A stretch of DNA of 63,335 nt, the filler included, from Lenisia limosa (lineage: Eukaryota > Protista > Breviatea), in NCBI GenBank assembly GCA_001655205.1. It is 11 parts of 11 records of this genome, joined end to end, with 100 filler letters (N's around TTAATTAATTAA, not from the genome) between each part and the next. Parts side by side here need not be neighbours in the genome. Positions count along the whole stretch, not along the records: positions 52,119 to 63,335 come from LPNZ01011012.1; 10 more parts are not named here. One strand, given 5' to 3'. This document shows positions 52,926 through 63,335 of this stretch, piece by piece. The stretch's first letter is position 1. Every line of letters begins with the position of its first letter. Made by a program: the position numbers and the translations under genes. The notes below the pieces were generated by a model. The model had not been told where the DNA came from. It searched no databases and saw only the letters and a list, made by a program, of their open reading frames with translations.

Positions 52926-55900
52926 CAGGTCCCCTCTGGCCGAAGCCGCGTGACCTCGTTTCAGGGCCAGCAGAAGAGAACATCAATCTCCGCCCGGTCA
53001 CAGCGCAGCCTAGCCTCAAGCCATGGTCCGCAAAACTTCCCGGATACTGGACGGTCACAGAAGACGGGCAAGAAGGTCGGTTGAAATGCCTGAAATGCGA
53101 ATAGGAGTAAAATTGTGTGCTGAAGAGCACGTTTATGAGATATTGTTTTTGTATTTTCTTAATTCACCCAATCCAACTCTGTGCACACAGCTTTCACGTG
53201 AGATATATGAAGAGAAACACATGGTGGAGGATGGTTTATCATCGCATTTGGCACTTCTTGATTGAATCAACAGGTGTGGCAAGAAGTCGAGCATAAACCG
53301 CTCGCCCCTCCACCATGGCTGGTTGAGGCTCGGAGAACTCTCATGGAGTCCGAGTCTTGGAAGGTGGGAAGGGGGGGTGCTGTGTTGGGCTTCTACGTAG
53401 TTTTTAGTACATTAAAATATTGGTGTTTGTGATTCGTATATGTAAGTGATATTTATATAATATAATTTTATTTGAAGTCACAGGGTGAAATGCCTCTTTA
53501 TTTCACATACAAAGCAAATTGTGATGAACAGTCATAACTGAGATTACTTCCGTGGATCACCCCCAAAACCCAATCCACCCCTATTCTCACAGCTCAGAAT
53601 TACGCCTCAATGTTGTACGGTGAAGTTGCTGGAGAAGCGGACCGAGCCGGCCTGTCTTCCTTTGCGGATATGCCAGAAGACGAGCGCAAGGCGTTGATAA
53701 TGGGGTGTGTTGCATGGATGCGGTTGCTGTGCTTTGTATTTGGACCCTTTAGGCGCAAACCATGTTATTTTTGTTGATAGAAGACCAGCATTATAGTTGA
53801 GATTGAAGGTGCGTTCAAATGGATTGACTTGTAGCATATCCATTATTAACACCTGGTGTTCAACCTCTCGTGCATGAATCAATACAGCCAATAGAGTTAC
53901 TTCCGAATGTCATGTTTGACTCCACCCCCCCCCCCNNNNNNNNNNNNNNNNNNNNNNNNNNNNNNNNNNNNNNNNNNNNNNNNNNNNNNNNNNNNNNNNN
54001 NNNNNNGGTTCGGAAGCGGAAGCTGCAGTTTCCCGATCTGTGTCGTCAGCCGTCCACTCCGCACTTTCCCTTGCAACCCACGGATCTAAGGCGAATGGTG
54101 ATAGAGTGGGGGGCTTGGTGGCATATCATAAAACCTCTTATGGCTCAATTTGGCTTTTCCTTATGGTAGTATGCGCATGGTTTTTATCACAATCCTCTTT
54201 GTAACCTCAATTCTTGTTCTTCCATAATCCCCCCCCCCCCAGANNNNNNNNNNNNNNNNNNNNNNNNNNNNNNNNNNNNNNNNNNNNNNNNNNNNNNNNN
54301 NNNNNNNNCTCCTGTCTACGCGGCCCGACCTGGCTCCCCGCATCTCCCCCCTCCTCACAAGACCCCTGTTGCCCGCTCTTAGACTGCAGGTGAGAGATGC
54401 GGTCATCTAAGTTTTGTATCATATAATAACACAAAACTCAGGGCTCTTTCAATATTGCTGCAAACATGAACAGTTTTCTTTACTTACACCATATTTTGAT
54501 GGTTTCTGCTTATGCCATTGATTATACTCCGATAGTTTGCTCTATCTTTTGAAGCCGAATTAACACTGCAATAGGTTTGGAGAGTTCGTTTAGTCCACCC
54601 ATTTGCCCGAACCGAATACACCAATGCCCTCAACAACAAGCCTCTCTCTACCATTCATCATGACGACGCAAAAGTTACCGACGTGTACGCAATATCTGCT
54701 TGATTCTGCATTGCTTGGTGGTCTTCCATACCAGAATGGATTGTTGCATTCAAGGAAAACCTCTTTATGATCTTCTCGGCACACTTTTCATTTCTAACAC
54801 CCCAGGGTCCAGGGCCTTCTACTTGGACAGTACCGAGACATTCTCTCTGAAAGTTGGCGTGGGAGAAATGCATGTCTAACAATACTGTTTCTATTTGAGC
54901 TTATTTGACACAGGTAACTCTGGTGGCACGGACTCTTTGTATGCCCGCACGTGTGTTACTGCGGCCAAGACTGCTGTGTCTTACGTTGCACTCAAGCGGC
55001 CGGACTACCCTGTTTGTGGCTATTCTCAATAAGCCCAATAAATGTCGTTATTGAACTAAGGTGTAACCTCCAAGCTGGATTTGAATGGTTCTGATTTTGC
55101 AGATCAACAGTTTGGCGTACCACGTGGTCCCGATTCTGAGTGTCCACGGACCCCATGCCACTATTGACCTCATCGAAACGTTGATGGTAAGCAGTAATGA
55201 CGCTCGCACTCGTTTGTTTTAGCAAACAGCAATCCCCGCACTCGCGCCACCAATTCACTGTTCAGTGTATAACGAGTCGGAGTAGCGGTGTGCCCATGAT
55301 TCTCCCAGTCAAGTCATTGGATAACTCAGACGTTAACCAAATGACCTCCACTCTGGTGAGGGAATAAAGGCTTTTTGGTGCCATTGTGAGACACATTTTT
55401 AGGCTTTGCTACGCCCTTTTATTTTGAAAACAGATACCTAATAAGACCCAAAATAGTAAAGACCCTTATTGCTGCAGTTTGTGCAAAACATGGCGGACAG
55501 AGAGCCGGACCTAGCCACTCACCTGCAGGACCTCGTGCGGTCCGACAGAGATGGTGGGTAACAATATGGTCGAATTACATTATAACATCACATGTTAGTA
55601 TCTCACAACTATTTTCATTCTCATAACTAGGGCTTCACTTCGATTCGGGAAAATAGTGATAGTTTTCGAGATTTATCGAGGAATTCAGTCTTTTTTCGAA
55701 CCGAATGGACATTTGACCTTCGCAGAGTTTTCCTTGCAGTCTTCCAACAGAATGGCTGTGTTTGCTGCGCCTTTCTTCCAGGTAAGGGCAACTTAACTCC
55801 AATTGAGGGAAGTTTTACATAGTGTACCGCAAAACTGTAAAAATGAGAAAGGCTGAAGCCGTCCACACCATCTATCCATCTTAATAGTATTGTATTTGGT

Positions 55901-58900
55901 ATCATATTTTTTCCTGTTTATTGGCAGGCTTGTTTATTTTCCTTGAGTGCCATAGCAGTGACACTTTCCTTGGTGGTAAGAACCTTATTGTTCAGTCAAT
56001 GGGCCTCTCATGGCTACCTCTCGAGTCAGCTCAGTACCTTTGGGACGTTTGCATCTTGTCTTCCTGGGAGTGGGCGGGTAGGAGCCAATTTGGCTCCTGA
56101 TGGTAATATTAATGGCGGAATTCTTCCACAACGCCTTTCCATGCTTCGAGTTTTTATGATTAGCTTTTCGTTATTATGTTACCCATGACACTGCAGTGCC
56201 ATGCTATACACCGCAGTGGCGCTGATCGGCTCACAAAAGTCGGGCTTAGCTGCTTGCCATGAAGCCGGCGCTGTTAGAGCGTTGATGACACGATTGGTGG
56301 GGGGAGCTAAGCCTCTGATTCCCTTACATATCATTGTTATTGACTTCTCCACAATATTTGTGTGTTCCTTGTGGTTTTGAGTGTGTCTTTTGAGCATTTA
56401 CCCCCCCTCCCCAGACAACGACAATGGACATTGAATCGTTCCGTCGGATCATATCTCGAGAAGTCCTGCCGATACTTCGGAAGAAGAAACAGTTCCCAGG
56501 ACGGCCCTCTCGGAACCGGTCGCACTTCTTCACGTTTGTCCCCCCTCCACAGGTCTGATTCTTTCGGTTTCTCCCACTCTAAAGCCTCTGTGTCCTTCTT
56601 TCTCTTTGCTTCGAGTTATGAAATCTCCCTTCAGCTTCAAATTGTTGCTTACCCCTCAGCCAGCTGCGAAAGTCCAACTCCCGCAGTCACCCCAGCTCAA
56701 TGAACCCCATGAGGTGAACAATGCTTCTTCAGTGGCGGCAGTAGCAGTGGGCGCGGGGGTCTTTTGTCCCGCCTGTATGAAATGATATTGTACCAAGTGC
56801 CTCTTTTTGGCACCAATAAACAATATGGCGTGACTCAACATGTTGAAGTTACTGTCTTATTTATTACTATATTAGGCAACTGCAGCAGTGGGCGCTGTGG
56901 CAGTAGCAGCAATGACTTCATCGCAGCCCCAAACCCAAGTGGGAGTTGTTTAGAGCAAAACCAGTGCAGCATTTTGGTTATTACATTATCTTGCATTTTG
57001 GACCTTAACAATCCCTTTCCATCTTTGATCTGCTGATGTATTCAGGAGCCACGCCAGCCTTCCGTTCCTAAACCTGAGCCTTCGGTGGGGATGGTGTCTT
57101 ATTATTGGGGTTTACTTTGGTCCGAAAAGACTATTTATCGATAATCCCTCGATAAAAATTGACTTTTTTTTTTGTCTACTTTGGAGTTAACTGTGCTCAA
57201 AAATCATGTATCAGACTCAATTGACTTCCTTCAGGTTTCCAGTCCTAGCAGTCAGCGCATCACCTCTTCGCCAAGTCAACGCTCGAAATTGCCGCCGCTA
57301 AGAACCCCTTCAAGGGAGGAGCTTCCGTCTTATAAGGGTGAGAAAATGCCTGATTAGGATGTGGGAATTGGGTGAGTGGGTTTATATTTATAACAATGGG
57401 GTGGGAGTAGGTGGTGAAGATGTTTGTTAGAAAAGGGACTCATTTCAAATTAAAACTTTGAATGTTCAAAAAAGATGACGTTGTCCAGACAGCCCTTCCC
57501 CTTCCGCTCCCTCCCCGAAGCCACAGTCCCAGCCATCCACCCCGAACGTCGCACCTGAGCAGAAAGAGGAAATTGAACCTTCCGACAAAGCTTCCGACAA
57601 GCCCAGTGATTCTGAGGCGCTCAGCACCGAACGACGCAATATTGCGCGCGGGCGTTGGCGCACTGTTCAACTCGCATGCATTTGGATCTCTTATCTCAGT
57701 CACTTACAAAAGGTGGGGACAAATGTTGATGTAAAGATGACACCACGTTTTCCTTTGTTCACTAACTTTGTTCACTAACTTGCCACGTTTTCCTTTGGTT
57801 AGCCATGTTTTCCTTTGTTCACTAACTTGCCGCGTTTTCCTTTGGTCCTAACAACGCTGTAGGTGGCAGTCAGTGGAGAAGGCGCGGCTGCTGTAAAGCG
57901 AGCCAGAAAGAAGGTTGCCTTGGTGCCTAAAATCCCGAGTACTGTTGTCCCGGTTCCTTGGCATATGTGGGTAATGGTGTTAGGAGGAGTGTTCAGCGGT
58001 ACAAAAGAAACTTTTTTTTTTTTTTCTCTATCCCCTGTGAAGACTGACATGAATAAGATGACCTTTTTGAATCCTAATAGCCACCTTCCAGTTTTCTCTG
58101 ATGTTTTAGTCCCAAACCCAAGAATGCTCCTGACATGATCCCTTTCACTGTACCTGACGTTTTCCCCTCTGTTGATGGCTTATGGGTATTTGGGTGTGGA
58201 TCAGCCGCAATTAAATCTTCCCCTTGATCAGCCTAACTTTCCAGGTCCCCTGTACAGCCCAATAACTTTACAGCCCACTAACTTTCCAGGATGTTCTTGA
58301 TAGGGCCTCAATGCACCCCGCAAATGCAAAGCTCTTCCCAAAGACCAGGGACCCAAGAGCCTTTAACAACCCCCAGGCCGACAGAATCCTGGGTCTAGAG
58401 GTGGTTGTGGGTGCATCACCTGCTTTTATTATGACGCTTCCAAAATAGTCTTTTGCGTTGCTCGTAATAAAATACTCTCTTGCTTCTCTTTATTGCTCAA
58501 ACTACACAGCGTAAACTCCTTGACCTTGCTCGTGAGCCTGTCAAAGAGCACTACCCGGATCTCAGGTTTGCAACAAGGAAAGTGATTAGAACTCATATTT
58601 CATTGAAACAATTATCAGATTGACCAGCAGCTGTTTGGTGATAAAGTTAAAGTTGAAATGAGAATGTTGCGTGTCCATTTTTACAACTTCAAATAGATTA
58701 TTGTTCACCCTGCAGAGACAACTGGGACGACCGACAGGCTATTATTAAGTTCGGGCCCCGCTTCATGTACTTGTCCCTCAGCTTACGTGGGCATGGGGTG
58801 TTGTAGGGTTTCACTTCGGTTCGACAAAGACCAGTAAAATATCGGTAATTTTCGAGGAATTTTTTTTCGAACTGAAGTGAAGCCCTAATTGGGTGATGGT

Positions 58901-60806
58901 GCTTCAATTATTCTATCCCCGTATCATTGTCATCATAGTCTTAAATGGGGGAATTTACCGTAAAGAAAGCTGTATGTGTGGGGCAAGCATTTGAGATATT
59001 CTGTCTTCTATTATCAACTTCCTTGCTCCATCACCCTTCTTTTAACCTAGCATCTCACATTTTCAGCCCAAGCCACTGATGAGGAGGAAATCTGCGTTGC
59101 TCTCGCACGAGCAGGCCTTCTTACTCGAAATGTTCGCGGTGATTAACTGGCTTCCACTCGATAGTGTAGCAGCGTGTCGTGATAGCATGACAACTCACTT
59201 CTTCAGAGACCACCGCCCTTTATTTTTGGCCTTTCGTCGTCGCTCAGATTCCTACGTAGCGAAGAGGGTGGGTGGGGGGTTTCAGTCAGGGGTTTGTGTG
59301 TAGTTGGTTGCGTTCTTGGTCTTCAGGGATGTGTTTTACCCTTTTTTTTTTACATTCTTCTGCAGAAGCGACTAGCCTGAGCTTTGTTTGTTTGGTTGTT
59401 TTTAACCCTTCTGTATTTCCCAAATGCTTAGCCAACAGAGTTGATTCTTGGTTTTTTGTTCATAATTTTCCAATTTTACACCGTCAGATGGTAAAGTGAA
59501 GAAACAAGCCGTTTGCAACAAGGCAGGCCTGGTTAATGGCGCGCCCCCTCCGAGGTGCGACATCAGTGTCTTTAATATTGATACACTGTCCAACTTGGAA
59601 ATTTATTTGGGGAAATTTTGTTTTTTATTGACCGTTTTAGTGCAGAGAAGGTGAAGCAACTTCTGTTGGAAGAGAAGGAACGAGTAAAGAAGAAACAGGA
59701 GAAAGAGGAAGGCAGATTGGAGGAAGTGAAGAGAGTGAAGGTTGGTCCGGATGGAATGAATCCAGCCCAATAACCCACAAGTACCAATGTATTCTGCAGT
59801 GTTAATAGGGTTTCATGCTGCCTTCCCCCTTTCTGCATTCACCAAGAAGGAGAGTAGCCCGACTCAAGAAGAGGATGAGTCAACCAATGATGAGAAAATG
59901 CAGGATATGGAGAAAATGAAGGCTGAAATGCAGGTATGTAATTCATTTCGTATTAATGTGTGCAAATGTGTTTGCGATTTGTTGCGGGGCTTATGTGGGA
60001 CTCTGTGGGGGTCTGTGGGGCTTGTATGAGACTCTCTGGGGCTTCATGGGTCTACGAATAGCAGAAATTGAAATGTAATTCAAGATTGACTTTTTTAGGG
60101 TACAGCCCCACCCCCACTTCAGAATATGCCGGAAGGACAAGGTGGCTAAATGGGTATTATATAGCGCCTCTTTATACCTTTTGGAAAAATATTGTGGCTG
60201 GCTGCGTGTATCATATATTTATATATTGTTTTGATTAGTTTTGATGACAACCAGTGGAGTCGCCTCGTCGATTGAGCCAAAGGAGTCAGCCGAGTGCCCG
60301 ACAACAGGCCCCTCCCCCCAAACAGCAGACACCAATGGAAGTGTGTAACCTCTTCGGTTTTCTCCGAACAAACTTCTACCACACATTTCTTCCAGCCATG
60401 TTACTTCGGGAGTGATTGGTTCAGATTCGACGAGACGCTGCGAACATTCTGATGGTCTGTGTCAAGGAAGCCCTTGGAGCTGTGCGGGACCGTAGGCTCT
60501 TTCTTTTTGGGGCAAATTCCATGATGTTAAAATGCTATTCTCCCATTTCCCTGCTTGACCTTGTACTTTTCTTACTCGTTCGATACCCCCCCCCCCCCNN
60601 NNNNNNNNNNNNNNNNNNNNNNNNNNNNNNNNNNNNNNNNNNNNNNNNNNNNNNNNNCGGCCAAAGACATCCGCATCATGGCAAGCGAGACGGCGAAGGA
60701 GCGAAAGGAGCTGATCAAGAAGGAGGGCGGCAAGGAGAAAGCTCAAGTCGCCCTCATGAAATGGGAGGTACAGAGACGAAAAGAAGAGGAAAAGGCTCTT
60801 CAGTAA
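52926..60806 (+). CDS. Large multi-exon protein with a divergent TBC (Rab-GAP-like) domain, S/P-rich region and coiled-coil tail; may be two genes
   Basis: TBC-like blocks occur in order: LLTRPLLPALRLQ|V, SYVALKRPDY, NSLAYHVVPILSV, FVQNMADREPDLATHLQDL, WLPLESAQYLWDVCIL and AMLYTAVALI. An S/P-rich region lies at 56360-58300. The last exon ends QRRKEEEKALQ* at 60806. Confidence 0.55.
55628..55712. mobile_element. MITE family 1 copy, right TIR decayed
   Basis: TAGGGCTTCACTTCGATTCGG...TTTATCGAGGAATTCAGTCTTTTTTCGAACCGAA. Confidence 0.85.
57740..57850. repeat. Intronic degenerate tandem repeat containing CTAAC
   Basis: CCACGTTTTCCTTTGTTCACTAACTT variants, about 4 copies, just upstream of an acceptor. 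Confidence 0.75.
58804..58887. mobile_element. MITE family 1 copy
   Basis: TAGGGTTTCACTTCGGTT...AACTGAAGTGAAGCCCTA; TSD not clean. Confidence 0.85.
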
Positions 60807-61479
60807 CCTATTTATTTGCTCTGTTCTTATTCTAGTTTATTTTGTCTACTGTTCTAATTCTTAATGTTTGAGCTATTATGTGTCCATGTATCCGATAACA
60901 CAACATCACGGATAGGCTGCATGGACGGACATTCAGAACAATGTTCAAAGTTTGTACTTACTTCAACTATATCAACCAATCTTCTACACAATAATGAAGC
61001 TAAACAAAGGCACAAGCCATATACGACTGCGGCCTACCAGCGAAGTTCGATCCAGCCCAATCCTCGGGATCTGAAGCGTCACAATAACGAACATCCTTAT
61101 TTCTCCCTGTCCACCCCATTACCCTTTCCCCCATTAATTTTCAAAATATTTATAGATACTATGTCATATAATGTGTGCCGTCAAATATATATCATATATA
61201 ACATGTAGTCGCTGGCGCGACCCCAAACATAAGATATATATAGAGAGGGGGGGGGAGGTCAGGCACAGATTAAGCATTTTTATACGAGTCATTTTCCCTA
61301 CTTTAACGTTCTGATTTTTTATCTCAAAATAATATAAAATAATAGAGAAAATTTTCCTTCAAAACATATCCTTAGGGGGAGGAGGGGTTCAGCCAAAGAT
61401 ATATACTACATGATATATCGATATACATAACTACTTTGAAAATATATCATGTGGTATAGGGGAGGGGGGGAAGTAATCA

Positions 61480-61635
61480 TCGGTATGCGATGTTGTTTTT
61501 TGTCACCATCGGTATGCGATGCTGTTTTTTGTCACCATCGGTATCGATGAAACCTTGATATTACCATCGGATCCCAAAGATCATCCGGATACCCAAGATC
61601 ATCATCGGATACCCAAGATCATCATCGGATCTCGA
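61480..61635. repeat. Two short tandem arrays (about 30-bp x2-3 and about 20-bp x3)
   Basis: CATCGGTATGCGATG(T/C)TGTTTTTTGTCAC and ATCATCGGATACCCAAGATC repeats. Confidence 0.8.
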
Positions 61636-61759
61636 AAATCATTGAACATTTCCCCATAACTATTCAGAGAATATTATTAATATATTATATCATATAATAT
61701 GCTATGAAATTAAAATATAGAAGTAAAAGGTTTTCTTGAATGATTTAAAATGATATATA

Positions 61760-63335
61760 ATTGCCCCCAACCCTACCAGGGTAGCTAGTGCTGTCCGACC
61801 AATTGTCAGTGAACCAAATGCTGCCACCAGTCAAAAAGGATTGGAAAAGGATTGTGAAAACGATTGGTTGACAAAGATATAAAAATGCGACCAAATTCGT
61901 GCATACCCGCAATAGTTTTGCTCGTCGAGGTGGCAGTAATCTCCACCAAGGTTAGGAGGCAATGTGTGCACTTGTCCAAAGAGGTTCTTCAGTCCAGCTC
62001 CTGAAATATTATTCCAATATTAACACACCACAGAGCAACTGCTTATTCCCCTAACCCTCTTTATAGAGTGGCATGGCCAAGACGGGGTTGGACGTTACGG
62101 CGCTCACCATGGCGTGGCCAGTCTGGTGGCGTCAAATGGACCAAAGAGAAGCTCCAAATATAATGCCGAATGTACAATCATGAAGCCCACATATATAGCA
62201 ATGAGAAATAAAAAATAAGGAGTTATTGGAACCTAAATTATATTCATGCGCTCTATGATCTCTCAACCAGGATTTCAGAATACAATCACAATACCTATGC
62301 CCCACCCTAAAAATAGTATTCTTGACAGCAAGCCATCCCTCGGATTGAAATCCTCTGCCAACCTGAACCATTACTAATGCTGGCTGTTTGGAATGGATAA
62401 CCATAATAACATCTTAACTGCACCCCCCCCCCCNNNNNNNNNNNNNNNNNNNNNNNNNNNNNNNNNNNNNNNNNNNNNNNNNNNNNNNNNNNNNNNNNNN
62501 NNNNNNNNNNNNNNNNNNNNNNNNNNNNNNNNNNNNNNNNNNNNNNNNNNNNNNNNNNNNNNNNNNNNNNNNNNNNNNNNNNNNNNNNNNNNNNNNNNNN
62601 NNNNNNNNNNNNNNNNNNNNNNNNNNNNNNNNNNGCCAAAGCTGTGGGCCCCTCAGACCGGGGGCGATGTCGTTCAGATCGCCGAAAGTTGCGAGAGGCA
62701 ACTCAACAAATTTAATGGAGTACACTGACGAGTACGATCCCATTGTACACCAAATCTGAGAGTGAAATTAGGCCTTCTTGGCAACAGGATCAAATCAAGT
62801 TGAAAGCGGTTAAAGAGCGATCTGCCATCGCCATCCTCCAGCCACAATAGAAACACTCGAGCAGAAAGGCCTCACCTGCTTGGGGCCCAATGCGGTGTTG
62901 AAGGTGTAATATCCTTCAGGAAGCCTGGGGTTGGACTGGTAGAGGTCCGCACAGTCCGAGTGCAGAAGGNNNNNNNNNNNNNNNNNNNNNNNNNNNNNNN
63001 NNNNNNNNNNNNNNNNNNNNNNNNNNNNNNNNNNNNNNNNNNNNNNNNNNNNNNNNNNNNNNAATTTCGTCTTGTCTCATCATAAAAGAGGTCGTGAGCG
63101 AGGCCACCTGTTGGTTGTGAGCAATTTATGGCAATCACCATTTGCAAATGGATGAAGTCAGGGGGGAAATAAATCTGTTTACATTTTATAATCTAGATGA
63201 AGCAAAAAAAATCTATATAATTATATTATATTTATTTTTTTCAGAGAGTCAAGGATTACAAGGACCTGAATGGAGACAAGCCCGCTAGTTAGTTGAACCA
63301 TTTATTTGGTATGCAGTGCACAGGTATAGGGTGGC
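61760..63335 (-). CDS. Putative extracellular protein with a fibrinogen/intelectin-type N-terminal motif, partial
   Basis: DCADLYQSNPRLPEGYYTFNTALGPKQ|IWCTM fits the C-x-(D/E)...G-x-Y...(V/I)-x-C-x-M pattern. Cys/Trp/Gly-rich exons follow. Confidence 0.5.

Noticed and set aside
907-62743. ORF-track entries spanning X runs or lying antisense to exons
   Set aside because: These are artefacts of translating through N-runs or shadows of real exons.
1-63335. tRNA, rRNA, snRNA or telomeric repeats; alternative genetic code
   Set aside because: No recognisable sequence by eye, though tRNAscan-SE and Infernal were not run. The reconstructed exons read correctly in the standard code.

Overview
Intron-rich eukaryotic DNA, standard genetic code, GT-AG introns of mostly 40-300 nt. 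The window is not contiguous. Ten artificial spacers (44 N + TTAATTAATTAA + 44 N) join 11 pieces, so adjacency across a spacer carries no biological meaning. Other N-runs are masked or gapped sequence. Recognisable genes: CTR9 (partial), a DHX36/57-type DEAH helicase (partial), a NEK kinase (partial), an ankyrin/U-box protein, CSN5, WAPL, an IQGAP-type CH domain apparently fused to about 12-14 RCC1 repeats, a Dictyostelium-like vinculin with a long E/K/R helical linker, an intron-rich HemG-like flavodoxin, a dual-acylated CaMKK-like kinase, an inner-arm dynein heavy chain fragment, a divergent TBC-domain protein and a protein with a fibrinogen-type motif. Mobile DNA: the core of an Ngaro/DIRS-type retrotransposon with candidate spliceosomal introns, an hAT-type MITE family (8-bp TSD) and a TA-TSD Tc1/mariner-type MITE family. 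A third family of about 120 bp sits in sense orientation against intron 3' splice sites. All gene models were spliced and translated by eye, family calls are from recalled motifs without database searches, and gene ends are approximate unless stated.
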